64,000 nt of DNA from Alphaproteobacteria bacterium (GCA_017505705.1 JAFVOS010000011.1:45449-109448), one strand, 5' to 3'; counted from the stretch's first letter, positions 48,364 to 59,361 are shown. A program made the numbers and translations. Notes: a model not told the origin generated them from the sequence alone.

Positions 48364-49224
48364 ATGAAATATATAGAAGTATTCTTAGAAGCAATGGCCG
48401 CCGAACGTGGTCGCAGTCAAAAAACCTTGGCTGCATACAATTCGGACTTGACCCATGCAGATGCTGCATTAAGCGGCGGTTTGATAAATGCGGATTCCGT
48501 TGCGATACAACAATATCTGTCTAATCTGCCAGACAAGGCATCTTCTGTCGCACGCAAGGCTTCTGCCCTGCGCAGTTTTTATAAATTTTTAATGCTGGAA
48601 AAAATAATAACCCACAACCCAACAACAAATCTAGAGCTACCAAAACGTACACGCACACTGCCTAAATTTTTATCAATGTCCGAAATAGATCTGTTGATAT
48701 CGTCTGCTGGTGACATAAAGACATCGGTACGTCTGCGTGCAATGATTGAATTATTATACGCATCTGGCCTGCGTGTATCTGAATTATGCGAATTACCAAT
48801 GACGGCAATTCTGGGCGACAAATTACTGATACATGGCAAAGGCGCCAAAGAACGAATTGTCCCCATGCATGATGGCGCAATTGACGCATTAAACAAATGG
48901 CTAAGAACACGTGGCGACATTGAATCAAAGTACGTATTTCCATCAAACGGGAAATCGGGCCATATAACACGTGATGGATTTTTCAAGATTCTAAAAAAAT
49001 GCGCTGTTTTATCGGGCATTTCCCCCGATCGTGTATCACCACACGTGCTGCGCCATTCATTTGCGTCACACCTGTTGGCTGGTGGGGCAAATTTGCGTGC
49101 AATACAAACAATGTTGGGGCACGAAGACATATCAACAACCCAAATATACACGCATGTTATGCCCGAACAACTGCAAGAAACAATTGAAAAACATCATCCA
49201 TTATCAAAGTCTAAGGAAGAATAA
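48364..49224 (+). CDS. xerD: Tyrosine site-specific recombinase XerD/XerC (XerD-like)
   Basis: 286 aa. ...RLRAMIELLYASGLRVSEL..., HVLRHSFASHLLAGGANLRAIQTMLGHEDISTTQIYTHV... gives the R-H-R-Y catalytic residues. XerC versus XerD cannot be settled from sequence alone. Confidence 0.8.
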   Translation: MKYIEVFLEAMAAERGRSQKTLAAYNSDLTHADAALSGGLINADSVAIQQYLSNLPDKASSVARKASALRSFYKFLMLEKIITHNPTTNLELPKRTRTLPKFLSMSEIDLLISSAGDIKTSVRLRAMIELLYASGLRVSELCELPMTAILGDKLLIHGKGAKERIVPMHDGAIDALNKWLRTRGDIESKYVFPSNGKSGHITRDGFFKILKKCAVLSGISPDRVSPHVLRHSFASHLLAGGANLRAIQTMLGHEDISTTQIYTHVMPEQLQETIEKHHPLSKSKEE

Positions 49225-49227
49225 AAA

Positions 49228-49731
49228 ATGATAAAAAAATGCGACAAACCAGGATGTACCAAGGCTGGCACATGTCGTGCCCCAAAAACACGTGATTTAA
49301 AAGACTATTGGTTTTTCTGCCCTGAACACGCCGCCGAATATAACAAAAACTGGAATTACTATGCGGATATGAGTCCCGACGAAATCGAAGCCGACTGGGA
49401 AAGTCAGACATTTGGTGCACCACTAAAAGACAAACAAACCGCCAACACAGACGCAACAGATTATGCTAAATTTATAAATGATTTTATCACAGGTCGGTCA
49501 AAATTCGACAGAATTCCTGCAAAAAGCAAACTGCCAACCAATGTTGTATCTTCGCTTAAGGTTTTCGATCTGGGAATATCTGCCACCTGGCGCGAGGTTG
49601 GCGTAAAATACCGCACACTTGCAAAAAAATACCACCCAGATACCGCCACAGACAAAAAGAATGCTGCTACTGAATTTGCCAGAATATCTGCAGCGTACGA
49701 AATATTAAAAAAACATTTTGGCAAGAAATAA
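49228..49731 (+). CDS. J-domain protein with N-terminal Cys-rich zinc-ribbon-like region
   Basis: 167 aa. N-terminal CDKPGCTKAGTCRAP...FFCPEH. C-terminal J-domain ...WREVGVKYRTLAKKYHPDTATDKK...AYEILKK with the HPD motif. Confidence 0.7.
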   Translation: MIKKCDKPGCTKAGTCRAPKTRDLKDYWFFCPEHAAEYNKNWNYYADMSPDEIEADWESQTFGAPLKDKQTANTDATDYAKFINDFITGRSKFDRIPAKSKLPTNVVSSLKVFDLGISATWREVGVKYRTLAKKYHPDTATDKKNAATEFARISAAYEILKKHFGKK

Positions 49732-49732
49732 A

Positions 49733-49758
49733 AAACGCCCCAAAGGGGCATTTTTTTA
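49733..49758. terminator. Bidirectional terminator hairpin
   Basis: aaaaaacGCCCCaaaGGGGCattttttt between convergent genes. Confidence 0.8.
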
Positions 49759-50655
49759 TTGTTTATTCAGAAACGCAACGCAATCCATTGCCGCTGTGCA
49801 CCCTGTTCCAACAGCGGTTGCAATCTGCATTTTTATATCGCTGTGAACATCACCTGCAACGAACATACCATTCGGCAACACATCTGGTGCCAAACGCCCC
49901 ATTGAATCACGTTTAATATCTTCGGTCAGATAATCTGTATTAGCTTCGTGACCGATTGCCACAAAAACGCCATCAACCACCAACTGCTGACCATCTGTGG
50001 TTGTCACGATTAATTCACCCTCTTCTGAATCTGGTTTTGCTTCTATTTTTTCCAAATCAGTGTTAAATAAGCATTCTATATTTTCCCGTCCAGCGACACG
50101 TTCACGCAACACTGCCTCTGCCCGGAAAAATTCAGATTTTCTGTATACAATTTTAACAGTTTTTGCCAAATCCGCTAAATACAACGCATCATTCAGTGCA
50201 CTGTTTCCACCCCCCAGCACAATGACTGTACGCCCACTGTAAAAGAATCCGTCACACGTTGCACAATAAGACACACCACGCCCCATAAATTCACGTGCAC
50301 CTGCAATTTCCAGTTTTCTTGGTGACGCACCTGTTGCAACAATAACACTGCGTCCTGAATACTCTTGACCATTATCACCCATCACCACAAAGCCATTTTC
50401 TGCATCACCACTGATATTTTTAGCAGACACAAATTCAATCTTGGCCCCAAATGATTCCGCCTGATTTTTCATAAATTCAGCCAATGCCATACCCGAACCG
50501 TTCCAGCCTGGATAATTTTCCAATTGTGCGATTCCGGCCATCTGCCCACCCAATCTGTCGCCACCCAACACGATTGTATTTTTATTTGCACGTGCTGTAT
50601 ACAGTGCCGACGTCAAACCAGCGGGACCAGATCCTAATATAATGACATCATACAT
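49756..50655 (-). CDS. trxB: Thioredoxin-disulfide reductase
   Basis: 299 aa. FAD motif MYDVIILGSGPAGLTSALY, redox-active CATCDG, and NADPH motif VLGGGNSAL. Confidence 0.85.
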   Translation of the reverse strand: MYDVIILGSGPAGLTSALYTARANKNTIVLGGDRLGGQMAGIAQLENYPGWNGSGMALAEFMKNQAESFGAKIEFVSAKNISGDAENGFVVMGDNGQEYSGRSVIVATGASPRKLEIAGAREFMGRGVSYCATCDGFFYSGRTVIVLGGGNSALNDALYLADLAKTVKIVYRKSEFFRAEAVLRERVAGRENIECLFNTDLEKIEAKPDSEEGELIVTTTDGQQLVVDGVFVAIGHEANTDYLTEDIKRDSMGRLAPDVLPNGMFVAGDVHSDIKMQIATAVGTGCTAAMDCVAFLNKQ

Positions 50656-50904
50656 AATAACCTTCCTTGTTCCTAATTTCTGGGCTCAGCATACACAATA
50701 AAACAATCCTATGCAAACAAAATCCGCACACACGATTATATTGATTTTATATGTAAAAGTTTATATAATCATCTTTGTCATGATAAGAATTTTTAATTTT
50801 TTCAGTTCATCTTCATCCCCGTTGGGGGAATAATTTAATTGTGTACATTTTCATAATTTTTCATACAATATAAATCAAAATAACAAATCCATAAGGAATA
50901 ATAC

Positions 50905-52182
50905 ATGTTGGACATAAAATTTATACGTGAAAACCCAGATGCTGTTAAGCGTGCATGCGAATTAAAGGGCATCGATGACAGAACCGATGAAATATTGGCA
51001 TTGGACACACGTGTGCGTGAATTAAAGACCATCACCCAGTCTAAGACAGCTGAAAAAAACAAAATCACACGTGAAATCCCCACTGCTACAGACAAAGCAC
51101 CATTAATTGCACGCAGCAAAGAAATTGCAAACGAAATTGCATCTGACATGGCCGAATTGGCGACCAAAGAAGCCGAATTGGATGATTTATTGCATCGTGT
51201 TCCACAAATTCCGGCACCAACTGTACCATTTGGTCACGACGACAAAGATAATGTAGAAGTACGTCGTATCGGCACACCACGTGAATTTGATTTCACCCCA
51301 CGCCCACAGTGGGATTTGCTGGAAATGAATGGCTGGTGGAAACCAGAAAAAATTGCATCAATTTGTGGGACACGCACATATGCACTGTTTGGCGAAGCCG
51401 CTGAACTGGAACTGGCAATACAAACATACGTTTTGCAAAAATTGATGTCCAAGGGATTTACATTTGTAAACTGTCCATCAATTACCAAACCACAAACAAT
51501 ATTTAACGCTGGTCACTTTATGGGTTCGGACCCAGCTGTCATGAATAACGATGTATTTATGCTGACCGATACAGATCGCTGTCTGGCTGGAACCGCTGAA
51601 ATCATCTTAAATTCTTTGCACAGCGACGAGGTTTTAAACGAAAAAGACCTGCCAATCAAATACGCTGGTTTTTCACCATGTTTCCGCAAAGAAGCGGGCG
51701 CTGCTGGTCGTGACACACGTGGAATTGTGCGTATACATCAATTTAACAAGGTTGAACAATACATATACTGCACCCCAGAACAATCAGACAAAATGCACGA
51801 ACATCTGTTGAACAACCTGTGCGAAGTCATGGAAGATTTAGAATTACCATATCGTGTAATCGAAGCATGCACCGGCGACATGGGATTTAACAAGGTAAAG
51901 ATGCACGACGTCGAAGCATGGTTCCCCAGCGAAAACGCATATCGTGAACTGGGTTCTTGTTCATCGATTGGTCAATTCCAGGCACGCCGTACAAACACTC
52001 GTTTTCGTGCATCCGACGGCAGTTTGCAGTTCTGTGCAACCTTAAACAACACTGGTATTGCCCTGCCACGTGCAATTGTACCTGTAATTGAAAATCACCA
52101 GAATCCAGACGGTTCGGTAAACATTCCAAAAAAATTACAGGCTCTTATGGGCGGCCGCACAAAAATAGGTGGCAAACACTAA
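50905..52182 (+). CDS. serS: Serine--tRNA ligase
   Basis: 425 aa. MLDIKFIRENPDAVK... N-terminal coiled coil and class II motifs (...FRKEAGAAGRDTRGIVRIHQFNKVEQ...). Confidence 0.9.
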   Translation: MLDIKFIRENPDAVKRACELKGIDDRTDEILALDTRVRELKTITQSKTAEKNKITREIPTATDKAPLIARSKEIANEIASDMAELATKEAELDDLLHRVPQIPAPTVPFGHDDKDNVEVRRIGTPREFDFTPRPQWDLLEMNGWWKPEKIASICGTRTYALFGEAAELELAIQTYVLQKLMSKGFTFVNCPSITKPQTIFNAGHFMGSDPAVMNNDVFMLTDTDRCLAGTAEIILNSLHSDEVLNEKDLPIKYAGFSPCFRKEAGAAGRDTRGIVRIHQFNKVEQYIYCTPEQSDKMHEHLLNNLCEVMEDLELPYRVIEACTGDMGFNKVKMHDVEAWFPSENAYRELGSCSSIGQFQARRTNTRFRASDGSLQFCATLNNTGIALPRAIVPVIENHQNPDGSVNIPKKLQALMGGRTKIGGKH

Positions 52183-52185
52183 AAA

Positions 52186-52216
52186 AAAATCCCCAATATT
52201 TTGGGGATTTTTTTAT
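52186..52216. terminator. Terminator hairpin after serS
   Basis: aaaaaaaaATCCCCaatattttGGGGATtttttta. Confidence 0.8.
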
Positions 52217-52300
52217 CCACAAAAGAAAACGGTCCTAAAAAAACATAGATTTTTATATTTTATCCATATAAAATGAATATATATAACCCAAGGATATTTT

Positions 52301-53239
52301 ATGCCTTCACACATTACAAATACAAAAAAACACTTCTGGCCAAATCTTCTGACATCAATTATTCCAGTCCGCCACATCCGTCGCAACGCACGTGGAATTT
52401 TAACAATGGGATTCAGGGAATATCGAAAACAATTACACAATGACAAACAGACAAAATTTGAAAACGAATTGTCTATTGTTGCGATTATGAAAAACGAAGG
52501 GCCATACATTAAAGAATGGTTGGATTATCATATCCTGGTTGGGGTAAATAAATTTTACCTTTATGACAATGAATCAACCGATAACACAACTGAAATATTA
52601 AAACCATATATTGAACGTGGTATTGTTGATTACACATATTTCCCAGGTCGTGCAAAACAACGTCCTGCATATTATGACGCAATCGAACGACACGCCGATG
52701 CAACACGCTGGATGGCACTGATTGACTTAGATGAATTTTTGGTTCCCGTACACCACAAAACATTACCAGAATTTTTACATACCCTGCCCCGTTTCAGCCA
52801 GTTAATTGTCAGCTGGGTTGACTATGGTTCAAATGGCCACGAAACAAAGCCAGACGGATTGGTTATCGAAAATTATACAAAACATGCACGTGATAATTGG
52901 GGCGTAAAATCTATTATAAATCCACGCTTAATAACATTCCTTGGTAATCCGCATTACAATTATGTTGCCGGTCCAACAATTGATGAAAACGGCAAAAGGA
53001 TTGGGAAACTTAACCAAGAAAAGAACCCTACAACAATAAATAAAATAAGATGCAATCATTACATAACCAAATCACATGCTGAATACATGGCCCGTTGCAA
53101 TCTTGGGGACGCTGGCAGTGGCGCCAAGGTAAAAACATTTGGTCGTGATCCTGAAACAAATTTCCGCCGTTTCAACAAGAACGATGTTTATGACCCAATA
53201 ATGAAAAAATATGTAACAAAATTAAAGAAGTTAAAATGA
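52301..53239 (+). CDS. Glycosyltransferase (GT2-like 'Glyco_tranf_2_4'/GT92-like fold)
   Basis: ...LSIVAIMKNEGPYIKEWLDYHILVGVNKFYLYDNESTDNTTEIL... is typical of this nucleotide-sugar transferase family. The start may be the internal MGFREY at about 52406. Confidence 0.6.
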   Translation: MPSHITNTKKHFWPNLLTSIIPVRHIRRNARGILTMGFREYRKQLHNDKQTKFENELSIVAIMKNEGPYIKEWLDYHILVGVNKFYLYDNESTDNTTEILKPYIERGIVDYTYFPGRAKQRPAYYDAIERHADATRWMALIDLDEFLVPVHHKTLPEFLHTLPRFSQLIVSWVDYGSNGHETKPDGLVIENYTKHARDNWGVKSIINPRLITFLGNPHYNYVAGPTIDENGKRIGKLNQEKNPTTINKIRCNHYITKSHAEYMARCNLGDAGSGAKVKTFGRDPETNFRRFNKNDVYDPIMKKYVTKLKKLK

Positions 53240-54081
53240 AGAAACGTCTATTTTTATTCGCCGGCTATGACAAAAATGGCATTATTGACGCATCATTGAT
53301 TATGTATATAACTGCATTGTCCAAACTGGGCGATGTTGTTGTTTGCATGGATTCAGACTGTCCTAAATCCGAATTGAACAAGCTAAAAAAGATAACCATA
53401 CATGCCATGGCCACCCGTCACAGCGAATACGACTTTGGCTCTTACAAGCGTGCATACAATTGGGCACAAGAAAACCTGGACACAGCCGAATACGAATTTG
53501 TATATCTGATAAACGATTCTGTATATGGCCCATTATTTGATTTAAATCCATACCTGAACACAATGGAATCACAGAATCTTGATGCATTTGGTCTGGTCAA
53601 GAATCCACACAAACGCTCGCCCCATATTCAGTCTTGGTTTATTGGCATGCGTGCACCTGTATTTACATCAAAATGGTTTAATGATTTATTACAATCCGTA
53701 CGCCATCACGATGACAAGGGTATGATTACCGCCTTGTACGAACATGGATTTACAAAACGCTTGATTGAAAACAATATGTCATGGGATGCGCTATATTCTG
53801 CCCCAGGCCGTTCAATATATAATCGTGTAAAATATTTTTATAAGCGCAAAATGCCATTTATCAAAAAGATGGCTTTTTCACGCCACTATGGTGCCCTGGG
53901 ACGACAGCTGTTATATGTTTTGAACCACATCCCAAAATCTGTACGCACCCCAATAATGGACAATGCAAATCGTGTATATGGCAAGCAATATGTATCAAAA
54001 ATGTTAACACACAACCCATTTACAATTATGTGGCGTAATATCAGATACGTTATTCACAAACTAAGGAACGAAGGGCTATGA
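53236..54081 (+). CDS. Polysaccharide biosynthesis glycosyltransferase-like protein (RgpF-like N-terminal pattern)
   Basis: 281 aa. MKKRLFLFAGYDKNGIIDASLIMYITALSKLGDVVVCMDSD... resembles rhamnan-synthesis F-type proteins (weak). Overlaps neighbours by 4 nt on both sides. Confidence 0.4.
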   Translation: MKKRLFLFAGYDKNGIIDASLIMYITALSKLGDVVVCMDSDCPKSELNKLKKITIHAMATRHSEYDFGSYKRAYNWAQENLDTAEYEFVYLINDSVYGPLFDLNPYLNTMESQNLDAFGLVKNPHKRSPHIQSWFIGMRAPVFTSKWFNDLLQSVRHHDDKGMITALYEHGFTKRLIENNMSWDALYSAPGRSIYNRVKYFYKRKMPFIKKMAFSRHYGALGRQLLYVLNHIPKSVRTPIMDNANRVYGKQYVSKMLTHNPFTIMWRNIRYVIHKLRNEGL

Positions 54082-54920
54082 AACAAAAAAATTTAAAACG
54101 CATTGCCGCCATTACAATGGCCCGCAACGATGAATTTTTTCTGTCACGCTGGATAAAATATTACGGCGATGAATTAGGGTATGAAAACCTGTATATTTAC
54201 CTTGATGGAACCGACCAGATTGTTCCTGAAAATGCGGGTGCTGCGCACATCACCAAATTACCCCACACAGATATGTCACGTGCTGCTGGCGACAAATATC
54301 GCATTGGATTAATGTCTGAATTGGCAAAAAAACTGTTCAACGAATACGACATAGTAATCGGATGTGATTGCGATGAATTTTTAATTGTCGACCCAGACGT
54401 AAAAATGGGACTGCGCGAATATTTATCTGACAAAACGTTCAACACAACATTATCTGGCCTGGGTCTGGACGTGGGCCAACACATGAAATATGAAACACCC
54501 CTGGACACCACCAAACCATTTCTGAGCCAACGTGGGTATGCATTTTTATCAACACGATATACCAAACCTGTCGTACTGAATAAACCAGTATCATGGGGCT
54601 CTGGCTTTCATCGTGTAAAGAATCATAATTTTCACATTGATAACAACCTGTATTTACTACATTTTGGCGCAGTTGACATGGACATGCTAATTGCCAAGGC
54701 CGCCAAGCGTGGCACCGATTGGGTAAACCACCTGAAACGTCGTGGCAATGGCACAATTAATGAGATAACAAATCGTTTCGCCCATGGTGAAAAGTGGATA
54801 AAAATTGCCCGCACGATACAACGCTATGTACGTGCACCATACGCATGGAATAAACCCAACATGTGTGGAATCAAGATGGTTGTAAAAATTCCGGGACGAT
54901 TTAAGAAATCTAACGTTTAA
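54078..54920 (+). CDS. Glycosyltransferase (same family as 52301-53239)
   Basis: ...IAAITMARNDEFFLSRWIKYYGDELGYENLYIYLDGTDQ... Acidic DxD-like CDCDEF. Confidence 0.55.
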   Translation: MKQKNLKRIAAITMARNDEFFLSRWIKYYGDELGYENLYIYLDGTDQIVPENAGAAHITKLPHTDMSRAAGDKYRIGLMSELAKKLFNEYDIVIGCDCDEFLIVDPDVKMGLREYLSDKTFNTTLSGLGLDVGQHMKYETPLDTTKPFLSQRGYAFLSTRYTKPVVLNKPVSWGSGFHRVKNHNFHIDNNLYLLHFGAVDMDMLIAKAAKRGTDWVNHLKRRGNGTINEITNRFAHGEKWIKIARTIQRYVRAPYAWNKPNMCGIKMVVKIPGRFKKSNV

Positions 54921-56051
54921 TTTTTTTTACAACATCTTTTACAATTTGTGCTGCATCAAAACGTACCAGCGATTTTGTTGCAGCATCTTTCATTTTTTCA
55001 ATTTCGACAGTCCTGTTATATACCCTGTCCATATGCATCGCTAAATCTTCGGCATTACCGGGTGCAAACAACAATCCCGCATCCCCATCCAACAAAATTT
55101 CACGTGGTCCATTTTTACAATCTGATGAAATATTTAACGTACCAGCCAACATAGATTCCACCAACACAACCCCCATTCCCTCGCTATGGCTGGACAGAAT
55201 ATGTGCCAACGCCCCACGCATAAAACCAAAAGGATTTTTTTGCGGTCCAACAAAAACAATCTTATCACGCGCAACAAAAGTATCTGCGATTGTGCGATAC
55301 TTATTCACATCCCCACCGCCAACAAACACCATATAAGTATCAGGACAATTATTTTTTTGCCAAAACATATCAAATGCCCGCAGAATCGTTTCTATATCTT
55401 TATCCCCAGACAATCGTGCAACACTAACAAAATATTTTCCATAGTGTGGGATTACAGCCGCATCAATTCTGCGACGGCAGTCTTCTAAATCCACCGGGTT
55501 ATAGATACGAACGATTTTCTTTTTATATTTTGGCCAGCGTTGTCTAAATTCTTCTACAAATCCATCTGTCAACGTGACAAACAAATCATAGTATTTTACA
55601 TAGTTTATATAACTGGCCCTGTCCAAAAATTTATTAATAGACGAATGCCACCATGCAATTTTTTTGGCCCGCACACGCCTTAATTCCTTGCGAAAACCAA
55701 AATCATAGTAATCCACCACCACATCTGCATTATGCAAAATATGATGTTTAAAGAACATGCGACGCACCCCACGATACGCATCACGTGCTGCATAATCCGC
55801 ACCAAGAAAAAATGTTTTAATCTTGTCCCCAACCACGAACATGGATATAAGACATATCTTTTAACTTCTGGATGCGCATTAAACCATTCTGCATAAATCT
55901 GTTCTGTAATTTTCACATACGATACAAACGAAATTTCCAAATCATCACGTTTAATCAATTGTTCCAAGACTCGAATCAAAACCGATTCCACCCCACCCAA
56001 TTGCATATCACGCAGACAAAAAACAACCTTTAATTTTTTCTTGCGTCGCAT
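54910..56051 (-). pseudogene. GT4-family glycosyltransferase split by an apparent +1/-1 frameshift near 55840-55862
   Basis: The N-terminal GT4 start (MRRKKKLKVVFCLRDMQLGGVESVLIRVLEQL...VKRYVLYP) is in one frame (56051 down to about 55860). The remainder of the protein (MFVVGDKIKTFFLGADYAARDAY... then ...SHSEGMGVVLVESMLAGTLNISSD... EX7E-like) is in the adjacent frame (55842-54910). The two frames overlap around ccatgttcgtgg. Confidence 0.6.
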
Positions 56052-56056
56052 TTTGA

Positions 56057-57073
56057 TTATTTTCCTATAAATTTCATAATTTCGTCATGTGTTTGAACAG
56101 CCCACTTATAGGGCGGATTTGACAGTGCCCCCATCTGATTCAATTCAGAAAAACACTTACGTGCTGCTGCAAAATCTGCATCTGATTCAAGATACTTAAT
56201 CTTTCTGAACGCCCAGCGTATAAAATACCACTTAAAATTAGAATTCCATTTTTCCATTTGGTAATCTGTTGCATTTTCCACATATGCCCCATACGCATCA
56301 GCAATCCCAGCACACAGACTTTGCATAATGCGCAATTGCTTGGCACTTAACACAATACCACCAAAGTTTGGAATATAAAAATACAATGGCAATGGTGCAA
56401 TCGTCACACGTGGATTACGCAACATAACCCTGCTCCACCATGGGAAATCTTCGAACAACAAACCTTTAATAAACGGAATATCTGCAATTAATTCACGCTT
56501 GTATAAATTTTTCCAAACCTGACAATGTTTAATCAGCCATTTACGTTTCGGATTAAATTTATTGTGTGTACGTTCTGTTGCATATTCAAAAACATCATCT
56601 GTCACACGTGTTTTAATTTTTGATATATCATACTTTTTATGTAAACGTCGTGGGATTACATTATCTGTATCCAACCCCAACTTGTACCGCACCATTAATT
56701 GTGGTCGATAAATTCGGTCATAAGTAAACGACACAATATCAGACCCATCACGCACCGCCAATGAATATGCAATTTCCATTGTCTGTGGATGAATAAAATC
56801 ATCACTGTCCAGATACAGTATATAATCCCCTGTTGCATGTTTCATCCCGACATTTCGGGCATCTGACAACCCCCCATTCTCCTTAGAAACAACGACAATT
56901 CTTGAATCTTTTTTTGCATACTCTTCCAAAATGGCGGCACTGTTATCAGGACTGCCATCATTCACACATATTGCCTGCCAATCCTGAAAAGTCTGATTTA
57001 AAACACTGTCCAGACATCTGCGCAGATACTTTTCAACATTATAGATTGGGATGATAATAGAAATCGCTGGCAT
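56057..57073 (-). CDS. Glycosyltransferase family 2
   Basis: 338 aa. MPAISIIIPIYNVEKYLRRCLDSVLNQTFQDWQAICVNDGSPDNS...GDYILYLDSDDF is the classic GT2 DxD fold. Confidence 0.85.
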   Translation of the reverse strand: MPAISIIIPIYNVEKYLRRCLDSVLNQTFQDWQAICVNDGSPDNSAAILEEYAKKDSRIVVVSKENGGLSDARNVGMKHATGDYILYLDSDDFIHPQTMEIAYSLAVRDGSDIVSFTYDRIYRPQLMVRYKLGLDTDNVIPRRLHKKYDISKIKTRVTDDVFEYATERTHNKFNPKRKWLIKHCQVWKNLYKRELIADIPFIKGLLFEDFPWWSRVMLRNPRVTIAPLPLYFYIPNFGGIVLSAKQLRIMQSLCAGIADAYGAYVENATDYQMEKWNSNFKWYFIRWAFRKIKYLESDADFAAARKCFSELNQMGALSNPPYKWAVQTHDEIMKFIGK

Positions 57074-57082
57074 TATAAATCC

Positions 57083-57979
57083 TTACATTTTAATCATTTC
57101 ATCAGCAAACGAACCCGGAATTGGATTTTTAGCCTGTTGATACGTTGTCTTTTGAAAGAATGCCCCACTTGTCACATCATCAAAAGTCTTTTTATCGAAT
57201 GGCTTGTCATGATAATCCCACCATAATGCGTGTGTTGGATCTTGGTCAACATGTGGCATTTCGGCGAAATATTTTTTAGCACGTGGATCATTTTCCACCA
57301 TTGTCTTGAACAACAACTGATGCATAAAGTAATCAAAGTTTGAATTTTCATGCATCCAGTAATCTAAAATCATCGCCCGCCACGCATCCAACAAATAGGC
57401 ACCTTTTCGTGAACGAATAAAACAATTTTGCATAAATGAATACGGACTGCCAACCTTTTGTCCCGCCATATAGACAAAGAAGTCTTGGTCACTTATCCAT
57501 TTTGGAATTGGTGCGGTTGCGAACCCGGTTGAATCCAACCAGTACCCACCATGATTGTATAATAATTCCACACGACAAATGTCGGCAAAATGCGCATGTC
57601 CAATTTTTCCACGTTTATACTTATCCACAATTTCTTGTGGCAACGTGATATAATCAAACACAGAATCTAAATCCAACACAACCAATTCTTGTTTACAGTT
57701 TTTTCTGATATTTCTGAAACAAGCTTTAACCAATGGTGGCGCCTTGTCTTCGCCCTGTAACCACAATGTAAAAATCTTGTCATTTTTATCATTATTTTCG
57801 ACCTGTCTTTCAACAACTGCGGCGGCAGCTGGCAAATAACGCTTAAAATATTGTGGAATAATTTTTGAAATAACATCACTGCGCACAGCACGACGCTGTT
57901 CACGCGAACGCCATGGCCAATTTAGTATATGCCCAAACACCGCAATTTTCGTCATTGCCCACGCTCTTGAAATATTCAT
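57083..57979 (-). CDS. Capsular-polysaccharide-synthesis/OCH1-type DXD glycosyltransferase (Caps_synth/Gly_transf_sug family)
   Basis: 298 aa. ...IFTLWLQGEDKAPPLVKACFRNIRKN... and ...HFADICRVELLYNHGGYWLDSTGF... are family signatures. Confidence 0.6.
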   Translation of the reverse strand: MNISRAWAMTKIAVFGHILNWPWRSREQRRAVRSDVISKIIPQYFKRYLPAAAAVVERQVENNDKNDKIFTLWLQGEDKAPPLVKACFRNIRKNCKQELVVLDLDSVFDYITLPQEIVDKYKRGKIGHAHFADICRVELLYNHGGYWLDSTGFATAPIPKWISDQDFFVYMAGQKVGSPYSFMQNCFIRSRKGAYLLDAWRAMILDYWMHENSNFDYFMHQLLFKTMVENDPRAKKYFAEMPHVDQDPTHALWWDYHDKPFDKKTFDDVTSGAFFQKTTYQQAKNPIPGSFADEMIKM

Positions 57980-58220
57980 AACACATCCCTTTTTGTTCTA
58001 TATTATTTTACAATTAATCCCCAGCACGCAACCGCCAACTGGGGATAAATCTTTACCATTCATCTGATTCTTTTTTTATTTTTCTGTAAATATATTCTGT
58101 TTCACGCATATTCTACTCCTTTTGCTTACCCATCAATATCGTTTTTCATGGGCCACTAATTATCATTAGCCAGTAAAATCATCTGAATAAATATTTTTCA
58201 TTGCGCTCTCCTTTGGTTGG

Positions 58221-59297
58221 TTATTCTTCGACTTCCGCCATTGGTTCATCATCATCGATTGGACCCGTTGTCATTTCTTCGGCAATACCCGATGCACGTG
58301 CCATAATTTTATCAAGTAATTCCTGCTGTGCTTCTGGATGGTCTTTTAACCATTGACGTGCGTTGGCCTCGCCCTGGCCCATACGTTCACTGTTATAAGA
58401 ATAGAAGCTACCGGCTTTTTCAATCAGGTCATATTTCACACCCATATCCAAGATTTCACTAATACGACTAATACCTTCGCCATACATAATTTTGAAATCA
58501 ACCGTACGGAATGGTGGTGCAACCTTATTCTTAACAACCTTGACCCGGGTTTCATTACCGATAATATTTTCTTTATCCTTAATCTGACCTGTACGGCGGA
58601 TATCCAGACGTACAGACGCATAGAATTTCAACGCATTACCACCAGATGTTGTTTCTGGATTACCAAACATAACACCAATCTTCATACGGATCTGATTAAT
58701 AAAGATAAGCAATGTATTACTGCGTGACACCGACCCCGCCAGTTTTTTCAAAGATTGACTCATCAAACGTGCGGTTGTACCAACAAACGAATCCCCGATA
58801 TTACCTTCTAATTCAGCCTTGGGCACCAGTGCCGCCACAGAATCAATTACCACAACATCAACCGCCCCAGACTTAATCAATGTATCTGCGATTTCCAATG
58901 CCTGTTCACCAGAATCTGGTTGTGAAATAATTAAATTTGCGACATCAACCCCCAACTTTTTTGCATAACTTGGGTCCAGTGCATTTTCCGCATCAATATA
59001 TGCACACGTACCACCCTTTTTCTGGGATTCAGCCACCGCATGCAATGCCAGCGTTGTTTTACCAGAACTTTCTGGTCCATATATTTCAACAATACGTCCC
59101 TTGGGATAACCACCAATACCCAACGCAATATCCAACCCCAATGATCCAGAAGAAATCGCCTCAATATTTTGCTGGGAACCATCACCCATTTTCATAATTG
59201 CTTCTTTACCGAATTGCTTTTGAATTTGTGCCAACGCAGATTCCAACGCCGGATTTTTTGCGGCCACTGCATCTTTTGCAACATCTTTTTTCGCCAT
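58221..59297 (-). CDS. recA: Recombinase RecA
   Basis: 358 aa. ...[18 protein letters not shown]... Walker A, L1/L2 loops and an acidic C-terminus. Confidence 0.95.
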   Translation of the reverse strand: MAKKDVAKDAVAAKNPALESALAQIQKQFGKEAIMKMGDGSQQNIEAISSGSLGLDIALGIGGYPKGRIVEIYGPESSGKTTLALHAVAESQKKGGTCAYIDAENALDPSYAKKLGVDVANLIISQPDSGEQALEIADTLIKSGAVDVVVIDSVAALVPKAELEGNIGDSFVGTTARLMSQSLKKLAGSVSRSNTLLIFINQIRMKIGVMFGNPETTSGGNALKFYASVRLDIRRTGQIKDKENIIGNETRVKVVKNKVAPPFRTVDFKIMYGEGISRISEILDMGVKYDLIEKAGSFYSYNSERMGQGEANARQWLKDHPEAQQELLDKIMARASGIAEEMTTGPIDDDEPMAEVEE

Positions 59298-59361
59298 AAA
59301 TTTTCCCCTTTATTTTCTTACTAAAATCATAGCGGGGATACACATAAAAAGCAAGGAATTC

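Noticed and set aside
57980-58220. Possible small RNA or terminator hairpin CCCCAGcacgcaaccgccaaCTGGGG at ~58019-58044
   Set aside because: There is no adjacent U-tract on either strand and no conserved sRNA features recognisable by eye. It was left uncalled.
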